Shown: in pieces, positions 25,568 to 35,174 of the stretch | Numbering within the stretch: position 1 is the stretch's first letter | Layout of the letters: every line of letters starts with the position of its first letter | NCBI GenBank assembly: GCA_963653425.1 | Contig: CAVJWC010000001.1 | Location: 279,430 to 343,429 of the forward strand | Direction of reading: 5' to 3' | Source: Eubacterium sp. | Lineage (GTDB): Bacteria > Bacillota > Clostridia > Christensenellales > CAG-314 | Length of the DNA: 64,000 bases | Position numbers and translations under genes: made by a program | Notes under the pieces: model-generated | Databases searched by the model: none | The model's input: the letters and a program-made list of their open reading frames with translations, nothing else | Told to the model about the DNA's origin: nothing

Positions 25568-28500
25568 TTACGCGGATTTCTTCTTGTCTTTATTGAGCTT
25601 GATGAGAATTGCCGCAAACGCGCCGGCAAAGAAAATCACCGCTACGAGAAGAACAGCCGTAAGCACGGAAACGGGCTGAGAAACCTTTACTTCGAATTCG
25701 TAAGAAACGTTGCCGATCGTAGCTTTTATGGTAGCTTTGCCTTTGTTAAGCGCGCGAAGCACTCCGTTACCGTCTACGAAAGCTACGTTTTCGTCGGAAC
25801 TCGTCCATTCTATATCGCTTATATTGCCGTCCGTAGGAACTATTTCAGCCTGAAGAACTTTACTTTCGCCCGTTTTCATATCGCGTACGGGTTCGACGTA
25901 AATTCCCGCGTAGGTCTTAGCCTTGACGGTAAGATTCATAACGGCTTTTACTCCGTCAAAAGTTTCGGCGGAAATAACCGCGTTTCCTTCGCCAACCGCT
26001 ACTATAACGCCGTCGCCGTTCACTACCGCAACAGCCTCGTTACTGCTTACGAAGAAGAGCTTGCGGAAGGTAGCGTTTTCGGGCAGAACGGTCGCTTTAA
26101 TGGTAGCCACGTCGCCGACGGTCATTATCGAAACGGAAGATTCGAAAGTTACGCTTTGAGCGTATACGGGGTTAACCGAAACGGAAACCGTCGCGCTTAC
26201 GCCGTTGTTTGCGGTTAAAGTCAAAGTACTTTTACCTACTTTAAGTCCCTTTATAACGCCGTTTTCGTAAAAAACGCATTCTCCGTCCACGGTTACGGTT
26301 ACGTCTTTATAGGTTGCGTTTTCGGGAAGAACGGTATAGACAAGCCCGATTTCTTCTCCTATATCCACGCTTACGTTTTTAACCGCCGAAATTTCCGTAA
26401 CTTCTCTCGGAAGAACGCTTACTCTGACGTCTGCGTAAGCTTTTCCGTCGTAGCTCGTGGCTCTTACTACGGTTTCGCCTATACCTACTGCGGTAATAAC
26501 TCCGTTTTCGTCCACAGTAACTACGCTTTCGTCCCGAGAAGACCACGTGACGTCTTTATAAGTGGCGGTATTGGGTTTTACTTTTACGGAAAGAGTAAGA
26601 CTGTCGCCTATGATTATCTCCGCCTGAGTAAGAGACGGGATAACTTCCTCCGCATAAACGGGATTTACCGTAACGACGCATTTAGCGCTGTTGCCGTACT
26701 TGGATAGGGCGTAAATTTCCGCACTGCCTACGCCCACCGCCGTTACCTTTCCGTTTTCGACGGTAGCTACGCTTTCGTCGGAACTGCTCCAGTTTACCGT
26801 TTTATCGGTGGCTTCGGTTGGGTATACGGTTGCTTTAAGGGTAAATTCGTCTCCTATGGTTACCGTTTTAAGCGTGAAGTCCAAAGAAACGCTTCTGTCG
26901 GCTATTCCGCGGACGGTTACTTTGCATTCGGCGTATAAACCCGAAAGAGAACTTACTCTTATCACGGTTTCGCCGAAGTTTTTAGCCGTTACGCGTCCGT
27001 TTTCGACGGTTGCGACCGACTGATCGCTACTCGTCCAGACGAGTTTTTCCGCGGGATAACTTCTCGGATAGCACTGCCAGTTGAGTCCGAGCGTCGCGCC
27101 TTTGGCTATTTCGGCAGAACTTTCGATCTGAAGAAGCTGAGGACCGATAACTATACTCTGCGTTGTCGTATTCATCGCCATATCGGCAACGAGAAGATTG
27201 ATTCTCGACGGGTTGAGTCCGGCCTGTTTCATTTCGTCGGCAAGACCCGTTATGTCGTAAAGAACGGTCTGCGTCGATCCGCTTTCGCTTTCGTTAAAAG
27301 CTTCGAGGTCGCCCAGTCTGTACTGATCGGTAAAGTCGGTAATCTGAAGGTACTGAAGGTAATCGTTATCGGAAACTTTAAGTTCGAGGTAGGTTTTGCC
27401 CTCCTCCGCTTTGATTTCGTAACTCTCTATAACGGGCGCGATATTGTCTATAGCAAAATCGAAAGTAAAGACGTTACGGGAATTATCCGCAGGCTTTCCG
27501 GCTTCGGGAATAACTTCTATCGTACATGTAAATTCCGTTCCGTCGGGATAAGCCGAACCCGTTTCGTCGTAAGCCTGCCAGCCGTCCGAACCGAAGTAAT
27601 ATGTAACCGATTGCGAGCTGTTATAGAAGAAGCTCTTTGAGCCTGCGCCCGAACTTTCGGAAAAGACGACGTTTCCGTCTTTATCCGTAATTGTCATGGT
27701 TGCGGAAGTTATAGATCTTCTGAGTCCGAGAAGGTAGGTAAATCTCGCAGCCGAACCCAGTTTATTGGAATAACGTATTCTGTCGCCGAGAACCGTTCCG
27801 TCCGCCTGATTGATACCGAGGAAGGTTCCCTGTCCGCTGTTGGTGTTGAGAAGAAGCGCGGCTGAAGGTTGCATGAAAATGTCGCTTTCGTCGCCGTAAA
27901 GAGATCCGTCAAGAGCGGGGATTGCCAGCCAGTCGCCGTAAAAGCCCATAAACACGAAGGAAAGTTCCTGCGTTGCGTTAAGTTCGGGTTTAAGGTAAAT
28001 AAAACCTTCAACGAAACTTCCGTTTTCAAAATCGGCTTCTATGTATCTCTTGCCCGCCTCGGTAAGTTCGATTTCTACGGACAATGTGGTTTCTCCGTTT
28101 GCATCGACTTTAACCTTTCCGTCCGTGAGACCTTTTATTGCCACTATCGCGTAATCGCCTCCGAGTTCTCTCGAATTAAGCGTAACGTATTTGATTCCGT
28201 TTATCTCGGTGGCTTCGTCGGTAACTACCGTATAGTCTACCGAATATTCCAAAGGTTTATCGGTTATGTTTTTAACCACGAATTCAAAGGAATACTTGCC
28301 TTCCGTATTATATCCGAGTTCGGCTTTTGTGTAGTCGCTGCCTTTAACGTAAAGATAAGCTCCCGACGTGACCGCGGATTCGAGGTTCATCATACCCGCG
28401 CCCTGACTTCTCGGCGTTGCGATAACGCCGTTTTCCTGAATTATAGGCGTAGCCGTACTCATTAAAAGCTGTTTCGTGATAACCGAAAGTTCGTGAGCGT

Positions 28501-30337
28501 CTTTATCGGGGAAGAGTTCTTTAAGATACTGACGAACGACTGCCGAGCCGCCCGCAACCTGAGGCGAAGCCATACTCGTACCGCTGTAGGACGCGTACCC
28601 ATTGTTTGCTATAGAAGAGTAAATCGATCCGCCGGGCGCGGTGATTTCGGGTTTAAGACGAAGGTCGCTGGTTGCTCCTCTCATACTGAAAGAACTTATC
28701 TGTCCGCCCGAAGGATTACCGAGAAGTCCTTCGTCGAAACGCAGAATTTTGTTCGTCTGGTTTTTAAGATGAAGTCCGAACTGTCTCATAACGAAAGCGG
28801 AAGGAATATATCTTTCCGTTATCTGCATGGAAACGTATCGGGAAGTTTCTTCGTTATTGTAAACGATTACCGCAATCGCGCCCTGTTCGTAGGCGTATTT
28901 GATCTTATCGCTGAAAGAAAGCACGCCTCTTTCCACCACGGCAACCTTTCCGCCGACGTCTATTCCTTCGTAATCTTCAGGTCTGCCCGTTCCGGGGATA
29001 ATCTCGTAAGCAAGGTCCTGTCCCTTAAAACGGTTGAAAATCATATCCGACTCTTTTTCTGCGCTGTCGGAGAAGTTGGTCATAATTCCGTTGGAAGCGA
29101 CGTACTGAGTGAAAACTTTGACGTTATCCGCACTTGCCACGCCCATAGAAGCAAGATAAGCGGCGGGCGTTGCGGTAAGACCGTAGTCGGGATTTGCGGC
29201 AAGAGGAAGATTGGTTTCCTGAAGGTCACCGAGTCCCTGATAGGAATCGTTACCCATAGCAACGCAGAGAGTTACTCCGCTGTTAAAGACTCTTTCGTAG
29301 GTTTCGGCAACCGACTGATTGGCTTCGAGAAGACCCGCGGAAAGACCGAGCGACATATTTACCACGTCGGCTCCGAGCTTTATGGCGTCGTCGAGAGCGG
29401 CAAGTATTCCGACGGAACTCGAATATCCGTAGTCGTCGAAAACTTTCATAAACGCAATCTGCGCGTCGTACGCAACGCCCTCTATTTCTCCCGAATTGGC
29501 GGCGACTATACCCGAAACGTGCATACCGTGATCGAGAGTCGACGTAACGTTGCTGTCGTTGTCGGCGTAATCGTAAGCGTAGGGAAGTTTCTGCGAACGG
29601 TAGGTGTTGCCCGAAACCGCACCCGAAGTCAGCGAAGCCGTTTTAAGGAATTCGGTTATGGATTCCCTTGTGTATTTGGGATCGGGAACTTCGCCCTGAA
29701 AAGCTTCATGCGAAGCGTCTATACCCGTGTCGAGAACGGCAACCAAAGTTCCTTTACCCGTATAACCGAGGTCGTGCGCCCCCGCGCTTCCTATCATAGA
29801 ACCGCTCGAAAGCATATAAGGCTCAGCTGTAAGCTCGGTATCGAGACGAACGACTGAATGCGCGAGATAGGCTCTCGAAACGCATTCGAGTTCTCTTATT
29901 CTGTACATATTGCCCACGGTCGTGGTCATTGAAATTCCCAGTATAGCCGTGTTGTATTCGTAACCGAAGGTATAGCTTCCTTTGGGAAGAAGCCGGGTTA
30001 TGGAAGCTTTTGCGGACGAAATTATCGCGTTCTTTTCTTCGGTGAGCTTCTTGCCTTCACTGCTTAAAAGCGCGTCGTATACGCTTCCGTAGGTCTCGAT
30101 AAGCTCGGTTTCGTCGGCTACCGACGAGCCTTTGAGTTCGACGATAACGGGCAAAGTCTGATCGAGAGTTATATCGTATTGTTTCATAAAAGCCGAATCG
30201 CTTTCGGTTATTTTCGTAAGTTTCGTTCCGTTATAAACGGTTTGATCCTGAGCGTAGGTGTTTGCCGTAACGGGACTGACCACAGCCGACAGAATAAACA
30301 CCAGCAGGGCTGCAAGTATAACGTATCCTTTTTTCAT
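25568..30337 (-). CDS. Cell-envelope S8 family serine peptidase (lactocepin/C5a-peptidase-like) with PA insert and six Big_2 domains
   Basis: Catalytic triad motifs VAVLDTGID (Asp), HGMHVSGIVAAN (His) and SGTSMASPQVAG (Ser). PA-like insert (GKVAVVERGVLSFSDKIKYAYEQGAIAVIVYNNE). Six C-terminal Big_2-like repeats (...SSDESVATVENGKVTAVGVG...). C-terminal TM helix plus KDKKKSA tail and no LPXTG. Start set to MKKGYVILAALLVFIL (signal peptide) with GGAGG 9 nt upstream. Confidence 0.9.
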   Translation of the reverse strand: MKKGYVILAALLVFILSAVVSPVTANTYAQDQTVYNGTKLTKITESDSAFMKQYDITLDQTLPVIVELKGSSVADETELIETYGSVYDALLSSEGKKLTEEKNAIISSAKASITRLLPKGSYTFGYEYNTAILGISMTTTVGNMYRIRELECVSRAYLAHSVVRLDTELTAEPYMLSSGSMIGSAGAHDLGYTGKGTLVAVLDTGIDASHEAFQGEVPDPKYTRESITEFLKTASLTSGAVSGNTYRSQKLPYAYDYADNDSNVTSTLDHGMHVSGIVAANSGEIEGVAYDAQIAFMKVFDDYGYSSSVGILAALDDAIKLGADVVNMSLGLSAGLLEANQSVAETYERVFNSGVTLCVAMGNDSYQGLGDLQETNLPLAANPDYGLTATPAAYLASMGVASADNVKVFTQYVASNGIMTNFSDSAEKESDMIFNRFKGQDLAYEIIPGTGRPEDYEGIDVGGKVAVVERGVLSFSDKIKYAYEQGAIAVIVYNNEETSRYVSMQITERYIPSAFVMRQFGLHLKNQTNKILRFDEGLLGNPSGGQISSFSMRGATSDLRLKPEITAPGGSIYSSIANNGYASYSGTSMASPQVAGGSAVVRQYLKELFPDKDAHELSVITKQLLMSTATPIIQENGVIATPRSQGAGMMNLESAVTSGAYLYVKGSDYTKAELGYNTEGKYSFEFVVKNITDKPLEYSVDYTVVTDEATEINGIKYVTLNSRELGGDYAIVAIKGLTDGKVKVDANGETTLSVEIELTEAGKRYIEADFENGSFVEGFIYLKPELNATQELSFVFMGFYGDWLAIPALDGSLYGDESDIFMQPSAALLLNTNSGQGTFLGINQADGTVLGDRIRYSNKLGSAARFTYLLGLRRSITSATMTITDKDGNVVFSESSGAGSKSFFYNSSQSVTYYFGSDGWQAYDETGSAYPDGTEFTCTIEVIPEAGKPADNSRNVFTFDFAIDNIAPVIESYEIKAEEGKTYLELKVSDNDYLQYLQITDFTDQYRLGDLEAFNESESGSTQTVLYDITGLADEMKQAGLNPSRINLLVADMAMNTTTQSIVIGPQLLQIESSAEIAKGATLGLNWQCYPRSYPAEKLVWTSSDQSVATVENGRVTAKNFGETVIRVSSLSGLYAECKVTVRGIADRSVSLDFTLKTVTIGDEFTLKATVYPTEATDKTVNWSSSDESVATVENGKVTAVGVGSAEIYALSKYGNSAKCVVTVNPVYAEEVIPSLTQAEIIIGDSLTLSVKVKPNTATYKDVTWSSRDESVVTVDENGVITAVGIGETVVRATSYDGKAYADVRVSVLPREVTEISAVKNVSVDIGEEIGLVYTVLPENATYKDVTVTVDGECVFYENGVIKGLKVGKSTLTLTANNGVSATVSVSVNPVYAQSVTFESSVSIMTVGDVATIKATVLPENATFRKLFFVSSNEAVAVVNGDGVIVAVGEGNAVISAETFDGVKAVMNLTVKAKTYAGIYVEPVRDMKTGESKVLQAEIVPTDGNISDIEWTSSDENVAFVDGNGVLRALNKGKATIKATIGNVSYEFEVKVSQPVSVLTAVLLVAVIFFAGAFAAILIKLNKDKKKSA

Positions 30338-30457
30338 TTCTTTTTTCCTCCGACGAGATAGCCACGCTATCCGTCTTTCCGCCTCTGCGGAATTAACGGC
30401 ATTTTTGCGGAACACCCGTAAAAACGCCGACTTCGCACTTAGTTTTCTGTTATAGTT

Positions 30458-30668
30458 TTCCTTAGAGTTTAGTTTATGGTTTTCCTTAGTTTTTCTTGGT
30501 TTTTTAGTTTATGGTTTTCCTTGGTTTTTGGGAGTTCTGTTTTTTAGTCTTCCTTAGTTTTCTTGTTCTTCCTTAGCTTTCTTAGGTTAGTTTATCTTTT
30601 CCCGGGTTTCCGAACGCGTCGGTTTCTTGTTTTTTTGTTTTCCTTAGCTTTTCTTGTTTCTTCCTTAG
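30458..30668. repeat. Degenerate repeat array rich in TTCCTTAG
   Basis: TTCCTTAG at 30458, 30482, 30550, 30569, 30640 and 30661, plus TTCCTTGG at 30517. A 20-mer TTTAGTTTATGGTTTTCCTT at 30468 and 30503. Pyrimidine-rich on the plus strand. Lies between the LRR gene and the S8 gene. Confidence 0.8.
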
Positions 30669-30711
30669 CGTTTGTCGTAAGCTTTTCGGCTTTTCGGGAA
30701 AAACCCGAGTT

Positions 30712-30736
30712 GAGGGGAGACCGTAAGCCTCCCCTC
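30712..30736 (-). terminator. Possible terminator after the large LRR gene
   Basis: Minus strand GAGGGGAG-GCTTACGGT-CTCCCCTC (8-bp GC-rich stem). The U-run (TTTTT) is displaced by about 10 nt, so the call is weak. Confidence 0.35.
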
Positions 30737-30839
30737 CGCTCTGCGTTATAGTTTTCTTCGTTTCTTCCGTTCGTTCTCTACGGTATTTTACGGTAACCGA
30801 CGATAAAGAACGGAAAGCCGATAACGGGTTTTCAGAGTT

Positions 30840-33800
30840 TTAGTCTTCCTTTTTCTTTCTTACGAAAAGAACGGGAACGAGAGCTACGAGAGCGAAAATT
30901 CCGAGAGCGGAAACCACTTCGCCGCCGCAACTGCTTGCTTTTGCGAGCTCGCTCTGAAGCTGAGCTATTTTTGCGTTAAGAGATTCGATGGACTTTTTAA
31001 GTTCGGCGTTCGTCGATTCGAGACTGCCTTTTTCCGCTTTGAGAGCGTCGAGAGAAGCCTGTAATTCTTCGAGCTGTTTCTTTATGGCGTTTCTGTCTGC
31101 CGTCGTTTCTTTAAGCTGTTTTTCGGCTTCGTCGAGTTCAGCCTGAAGTTTCTCGATTTCCGTTCCGCGAACGGTATAATCGGTTTCGGACTTTTTAACC
31201 AGTTCGACGTCGCCGTACTTTCCGTAAACTTCTGTTTCGATGTTTATAATGTCGCCGAATTTTACGTTTTCTACTACGTAGTAGCCTTCGGTTAATGTAA
31301 GTTCTTTGCCGTCAGCCTTTACCGTGTACTTCTGAGCGTAGAAGAAATCGGGTACAGAGATGTAAAGGTTGCCTTCGTTTTCGGTTAAAGTTACTTCGAG
31401 CGCGGGCATATCTTCTACGGAAACGCCTTTAACTTCCGCGAAATAACCCGAAATAGCCGAGAACTGTTCTTTGTCGCCTACGTAAAGAATTGCGTCTTCG
31501 GCAATGCCTTTGAACCAATCGCCTTCGGGACTGAAGAAGTCGGAACCGAACGTAGGAGCGTTGCCTGCGAACATTACGTCTTTAAGGGAGGAACAGTTAA
31601 TGAATATAGCCGACTGAACGTTGAGTACCGAAGAGGGAATAATTACCGACTGAAGAGAAATGCAACCGTCGAAAGCGTTCTTTTCGATAGAAGCAACCGT
31701 TTCGAAAATAACTACCTTTTTAAGGTTGACGCACTTTTCGAAAATATACTGCGGGATAACCGTAGTTCCTTCGGGGAATACGAATTCGGTAAGACCTACG
31801 CAACCTCTGAAGAGCGAGAACGCTCCCGAAAGATTTGCGCCTTCTTTAAGGTTGAATTCGGTAAGAGAAGTACAGTTGTAGAATACCGATCCGCCGTAAC
31901 TTTCGATATATTCGAGGTTTACGCTCTTAAGGTTGGTGCAGTTCTGGAATGCTCCGTAGGGAAGAGATTTAACGGTCGAAGGAAGTTTAACCGTTTCTAC
32001 GGAAGAGTTTCTGAATCCGCCGTAAGGAAGAGAGGTAACGCCTTCGGGAATAATAACGTTCCTGACTTTAAGTCCGCTGAAAGCGTTATCGGGGATGGTC
32101 GTGATACCTTCGGGTATAGCGAGAGTTTCGACTTCGAGAGCCGCGGGTATCAAAACGAGCTGAGTCATGTCTTTGTTGTAAACGATACCGTCTACCACTT
32201 TGTAATATTCGTTTTCGGGATCGATAGTTATGCTTGCAACGTTGGGACAAGAATTGAACATACTGCCGTTGATGTAGCTTATGCTCCTGGGAAGGCTTAA
32301 AGATTTAAGCGCGGGAAGATCCGCAAAGGTGTAACCGTTGATTCTTTCAACGCCTTCGGGAATAATGATTTCTTCGAGGCTGTGGCAACCGTATACGGGA
32401 GCGGAAGGAATAACGTTGACGCCTGCGGAGAATCTTATGGAAACGAGATTCAGGCACTGCTGAGCGATACCCGTATCAAGATAGGTTACGGTATCTGGAA
32501 TGTAAAGGGAAACGAGACCGCTGTCTGCAAAAGCCCAACCGCCTATCGAAGTAACGTTTTTAAGGTCGATGGTTTCAAGGCTCTTACAGCCGTAGAACGC
32601 CTGATACTTTATAGTCGTAACGGTGTCGGGAAGGTCGATAAATCTTATTCCGGAGTTCTTGAACGTCCAGTCGGGGATTTCCGTTAAAGAAGTCTGACTG
32701 AGGTCAACCGTGGTAAGGTTGGTACAGCTTTCAAAAAGTCCCGTACCTATGGTCTTAATCGACGCGGGAAGAGAAACGACTACTACGTTTTTGTTGCCCT
32801 TGAAGGCGCTGTTATTGATGGTTTCCGTTCCTTCTCTTACGGCGTAAGTCAAAGACTTGATACCGAAAGGATACATGACGAGAGTCTTTCCGTTGTCTGC
32901 GTAAAGCGCGCCGTTATCGCTTATAAGCGACGTATTGCCCTCTTCTACTTCGATGGAAGAAAGACTTTCGCAACCTTCTATAAAGCCTTCGGGAAGAGTG
33001 GTTATTCCCTTGGGGATGTAAAGAGTTTTAAGGCTCTTGCAGTTTCTGAAAACTCCGCCGTAAACGTGCAGGACGTTTTTGGGAAGGTTGATGTTTTCGG
33101 CAGACGAGCAGTTTTCAAAAGTTCCGTCGTAAACCAGTTCTCCGCCGATTTCGGTTATACCGTCGGGAAGAACGAATTCTTTAACCTTGGACATTCCGTA
33201 GAACGCACCGCCGCCGAGGAAGGTAACCGTGGAGGGAACGTTTATGTTTTCTACCATACCGCAACCGTTGAAAGCGTAATGGTCGATCTTTTCGAGACCT
33301 TCGTTCATAACGATGTCGGTAAGCGTCCAGTTATACTGGAAAGCTCTTTCCATAACGAGTTTTGTATCTGCATGAAGTTCGATTTTGGTCTGAGAACTTG
33401 CGGAAGCGTAGATTATAAGTCTGGAATAATCTTTCGTATACAAAGCTCCGTCGTAAACGGCGTAATTTTCGTTTTCGGAAGCAACCGTGATTTCCTGAAG
33501 TCCGCTGAGACCGAAGAAAGCGTGGTTATTGAATATGTAAGAATTACCGTTGTCGTCGGTATAAGGAACCCAATCTCTGATGTCCTTTACGGAAGCGGGA
33601 AGATGGATTTTCTTTAATCCCGTGGACTGGAAGCAAAGTTCGCCAAGCACTTCTACTCCTTCGGGAAGAGTTATTTCCGAAAGTCCCCAGCACTGAACGA
33701 AAGCCGACGCGCCTATGGTTTTAAGAGTGGACGGAAGAGTAACGGAATTGAGACTGCCGCACTTGCTGAAAGCCTGCGACGGAATTTCCGTTATGCCTTC

Positions 33801-34385
33801 GGGAAGAACTATCGAAGTAATCGCGCTCTGCATAAAGCAAGCCGAACCGATTGCGGAAAGCGTGGAAGGAAGGGTAACCGATTTGAGAGAATAAGTTTCT
33901 CTGAAACAGTTGTTGCCGAGAGTTTCTACGCCTTCGGATACGACTACCGAAGTAAGACGATAGATACTGCCGAACGCGCCTTCGCTTACGTTTTTGACGC
34001 TGCCCGGAACGGTTACTTCGTTGAGAGCGGTACTCATAAAGCTGTAAGCTCCGATCTCTTCGAGTTTATCGATATTGATCTGAACGAGCTGAGAACAATA
34101 AGCAAAAGCGTAATCGCCTACGGCTTTACAGGATTCGGGAAGATTTATCCTGATAACCTGAGAGTTGCCGTTAAACGCGCTTTTTCCGATTCTGGTAACG
34201 TTATCGGGAACCGTTACCTCGGACGCAGTACCGTTGTATTTAACGAGAACGTTGTCTTCGATTTCGAATTCCGGCGTTTCGTCTTCCGCAAAGACGGTCG
34301 GAAGGTCGAACCCAAGTCCTATTATCGCCGCAATAACAAGCACGAAACTCATTAAAAACGCAGCAATACCTGTTGCTTTTTTCAT
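30840..34385 (-). CDS. Large BspA-type leucine-rich repeat (LRR_5) surface protein with coiled-coil stalk and C-terminal membrane anchor
   Basis: 1181 aa. Signal peptide MKKATGIAAFLMSFVLVIAAIIGL. Dozens of LRR_5-type repeats (V.IP..V..IG..AF..C..L). About 90-aa coiled-coil (EIEKLQAELDEAEKQLKE...AQLQSELAKA). C-terminal TM helix plus RKKKED. Confidence 0.8.
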   Translation of the reverse strand: MKKATGIAAFLMSFVLVIAAIIGLGFDLPTVFAEDETPEFEIEDNVLVKYNGTASEVTVPDNVTRIGKSAFNGNSQVIRINLPESCKAVGDYAFAYCSQLVQINIDKLEEIGAYSFMSTALNEVTVPGSVKNVSEGAFGSIYRLTSVVVSEGVETLGNNCFRETYSLKSVTLPSTLSAIGSACFMQSAITSIVLPEGITEIPSQAFSKCGSLNSVTLPSTLKTIGASAFVQCWGLSEITLPEGVEVLGELCFQSTGLKKIHLPASVKDIRDWVPYTDDNGNSYIFNNHAFFGLSGLQEITVASENENYAVYDGALYTKDYSRLIIYASASSQTKIELHADTKLVMERAFQYNWTLTDIVMNEGLEKIDHYAFNGCGMVENINVPSTVTFLGGGAFYGMSKVKEFVLPDGITEIGGELVYDGTFENCSSAENINLPKNVLHVYGGVFRNCKSLKTLYIPKGITTLPEGFIEGCESLSSIEVEEGNTSLISDNGALYADNGKTLVMYPFGIKSLTYAVREGTETINNSAFKGNKNVVVVSLPASIKTIGTGLFESCTNLTTVDLSQTSLTEIPDWTFKNSGIRFIDLPDTVTTIKYQAFYGCKSLETIDLKNVTSIGGWAFADSGLVSLYIPDTVTYLDTGIAQQCLNLVSIRFSAGVNVIPSAPVYGCHSLEEIIIPEGVERINGYTFADLPALKSLSLPRSISYINGSMFNSCPNVASITIDPENEYYKVVDGIVYNKDMTQLVLIPAALEVETLAIPEGITTIPDNAFSGLKVRNVIIPEGVTSLPYGGFRNSSVETVKLPSTVKSLPYGAFQNCTNLKSVNLEYIESYGGSVFYNCTSLTEFNLKEGANLSGAFSLFRGCVGLTEFVFPEGTTVIPQYIFEKCVNLKKVVIFETVASIEKNAFDGCISLQSVIIPSSVLNVQSAIFINCSSLKDVMFAGNAPTFGSDFFSPEGDWFKGIAEDAILYVGDKEQFSAISGYFAEVKGVSVEDMPALEVTLTENEGNLYISVPDFFYAQKYTVKADGKELTLTEGYYVVENVKFGDIINIETEVYGKYGDVELVKKSETDYTVRGTEIEKLQAELDEAEKQLKETTADRNAIKKQLEELQASLDALKAEKGSLESTNAELKKSIESLNAKIAQLQSELAKASSCGGEVVSALGIFALVALVPVLFVRKKKED

Positions 34386-34411
34386 AAAAATTTCCTCCGT
34401 TTTTTATTTAT

Positions 34412-35017
34412 CTAATCCGCATTTGCGGTTTCGATCGATTTTTCGGTGTTTTCCGATGGATTTTTGTTATTCCTGCTCTCTTCGAGCCGTCTTCGTGCTT
34501 TTTCCAGAACTGCCTTAGACGAAGCTATATCGTTAAGGACGCCTTCTTTGCCTTCCATATAACAGAGCGGACCTACCTTGTCCACACGGGCGAATATCTC
34601 GTTAAGCGCAAGCATATGCTCGGCAATCGAAACGTAATCTTCTTCCGTAAGTCCTCCTCCGTCTTTACTCATGGCTTCCGCTCCGAGGCTCTGCATTCGT
34701 TCTATATTTGCGGCGCATTCGGGAGTAAGACTTACGTAGGTCACTCTCTTGTCGCTCGTGGAACTTCTCCTCTGGATAAGCCCCGCGGACTCGAGTTTAT
34801 TGAGAAGCTTGGTAACCGCGCTTTCTTCCTTTATTATCATCTGAGCAAGCTCGCTTACTTTACACTCTCCCACGCAGTTAAGAACGATAAGCGCGTAATA
34901 CTGAACGCCCACCAGTCCGGGATAATAATCGGGAATCTTTTCCCATATATGCCTCTGCACGTATATCGTGTTGAAGGTATGATTACGTACGAAAATATCG
35001 GCTAATTCTTTCTCCAT
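34412..35017 (-). CDS. MarR family transcriptional regulator
   Basis: Winged-helix core VSELAQMIIKEESAVTKLLNKLESAGLIQRRSSTSDKRVTYVSLTPECA. Start at the ATG at 35017 with AGGAGGG 5 nt upstream. Only 26 nt separate it from the LRR gene. Confidence 0.85.
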   Translation of the reverse strand: MEKELADIFVRNHTFNTIYVQRHIWEKIPDYYPGLVGVQYYALIVLNCVGECKVSELAQMIIKEESAVTKLLNKLESAGLIQRRSSTSDKRVTYVSLTPECAANIERMQSLGAEAMSKDGGGLTEEDYVSIAEHMLALNEIFARVDKVGPLCYMEGKEGVLNDIASSKAVLEKARRRLEESRNNKNPSENTEKSIETANAD

Positions 35018-35078
35018 TTTTGCCCTCCTGTTTTGCTTTTGCAGACTTTGAAAATTCATCGCTTTATCCGTTTTTTAT

Positions 35079-35107
35079 AGTATAACAGCACAAAAGGATA
35101 TTGTCAA
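35079..35107 (-). promoter_or_regulatory. Sigma-A type promoter of the marR-LRR unit
   Basis: Minus strand TTGACA - 17 nt - TATACT with TGT (extended -10). Confidence 0.7.
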
Positions 35108-35120
35108 GCGTTTTGCACAA

Positions 35121-35153
35121 ATATATGAAGTTTTCATATATTGAAATCTTCAT
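35121..35153. promoter_or_regulatory. Overlapping palindromes, candidate MarR operator
   Basis: ATATATGAA-GTT-TTCATATAT (perfect 9-bp arms, 35121-35141) overlaps ATGAAG-T-TTTCA-TATAT-TGAAA-T-CTTCAT (35125-35153). The site starts 14 bp upstream of the -35. Confidence 0.5.
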
Positions 35154-35174
35154 TAACTTATAGTCCTGCTTTGC

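Noticed and set aside
28493-29857. 454-aa plus-strand ORF inside the S8 peptidase gene. The same applies to the similar ORFs at 55430..56791, 50080..51303, 47024..48217, 43990..45123, 45950..46822, 35501..36580, 38975..40003, 59344..60351, 61407..62381, 6950..7807 and 1362..2114.
   Set aside because: All are antisense to confidently assigned genes. They have no Shine-Dalgarno and repetitive composition. I treat them as by-products of codon bias, not as overlapping genes.
30338-30415. N-terminal extension of the S8 peptidase in the ORF track (MFRKNAVNSAEAERR...). Similar extensions occur for yebC (2067-2120), the PBP (16100-16111), tfoX-like (21578-21637), marR (35018-35059), arcA (40229-40267), nrdD (51624-51653) and DUF4364-like (13472-13528).
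   Set aside because: In each case an internal ATG has a properly spaced GGAGG-type RBS and begins the conserved or signal-peptide sequence. The upstream start either lacks an RBS or lies upstream of the mapped promoter elements.
30458-30668. Considered whether the intergenic arrays (also 21651-21769, 14201-14367 and 4420-4616) are CRISPR arrays
   Set aside because: The repeats are short, degenerate and contiguous. They lack unique spacers of regular length, there are no cas genes in the window, and the repeat units are not palindromic as in CRISPR repeats.
30563-30751. 62-aa ORF within the TTCCTTAG array
   Set aside because: The product is low-complexity F/L/S-rich, generated by the pyrimidine-rich repeats. 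It has no RBS and lies on the strand opposite to all neighbouring genes.
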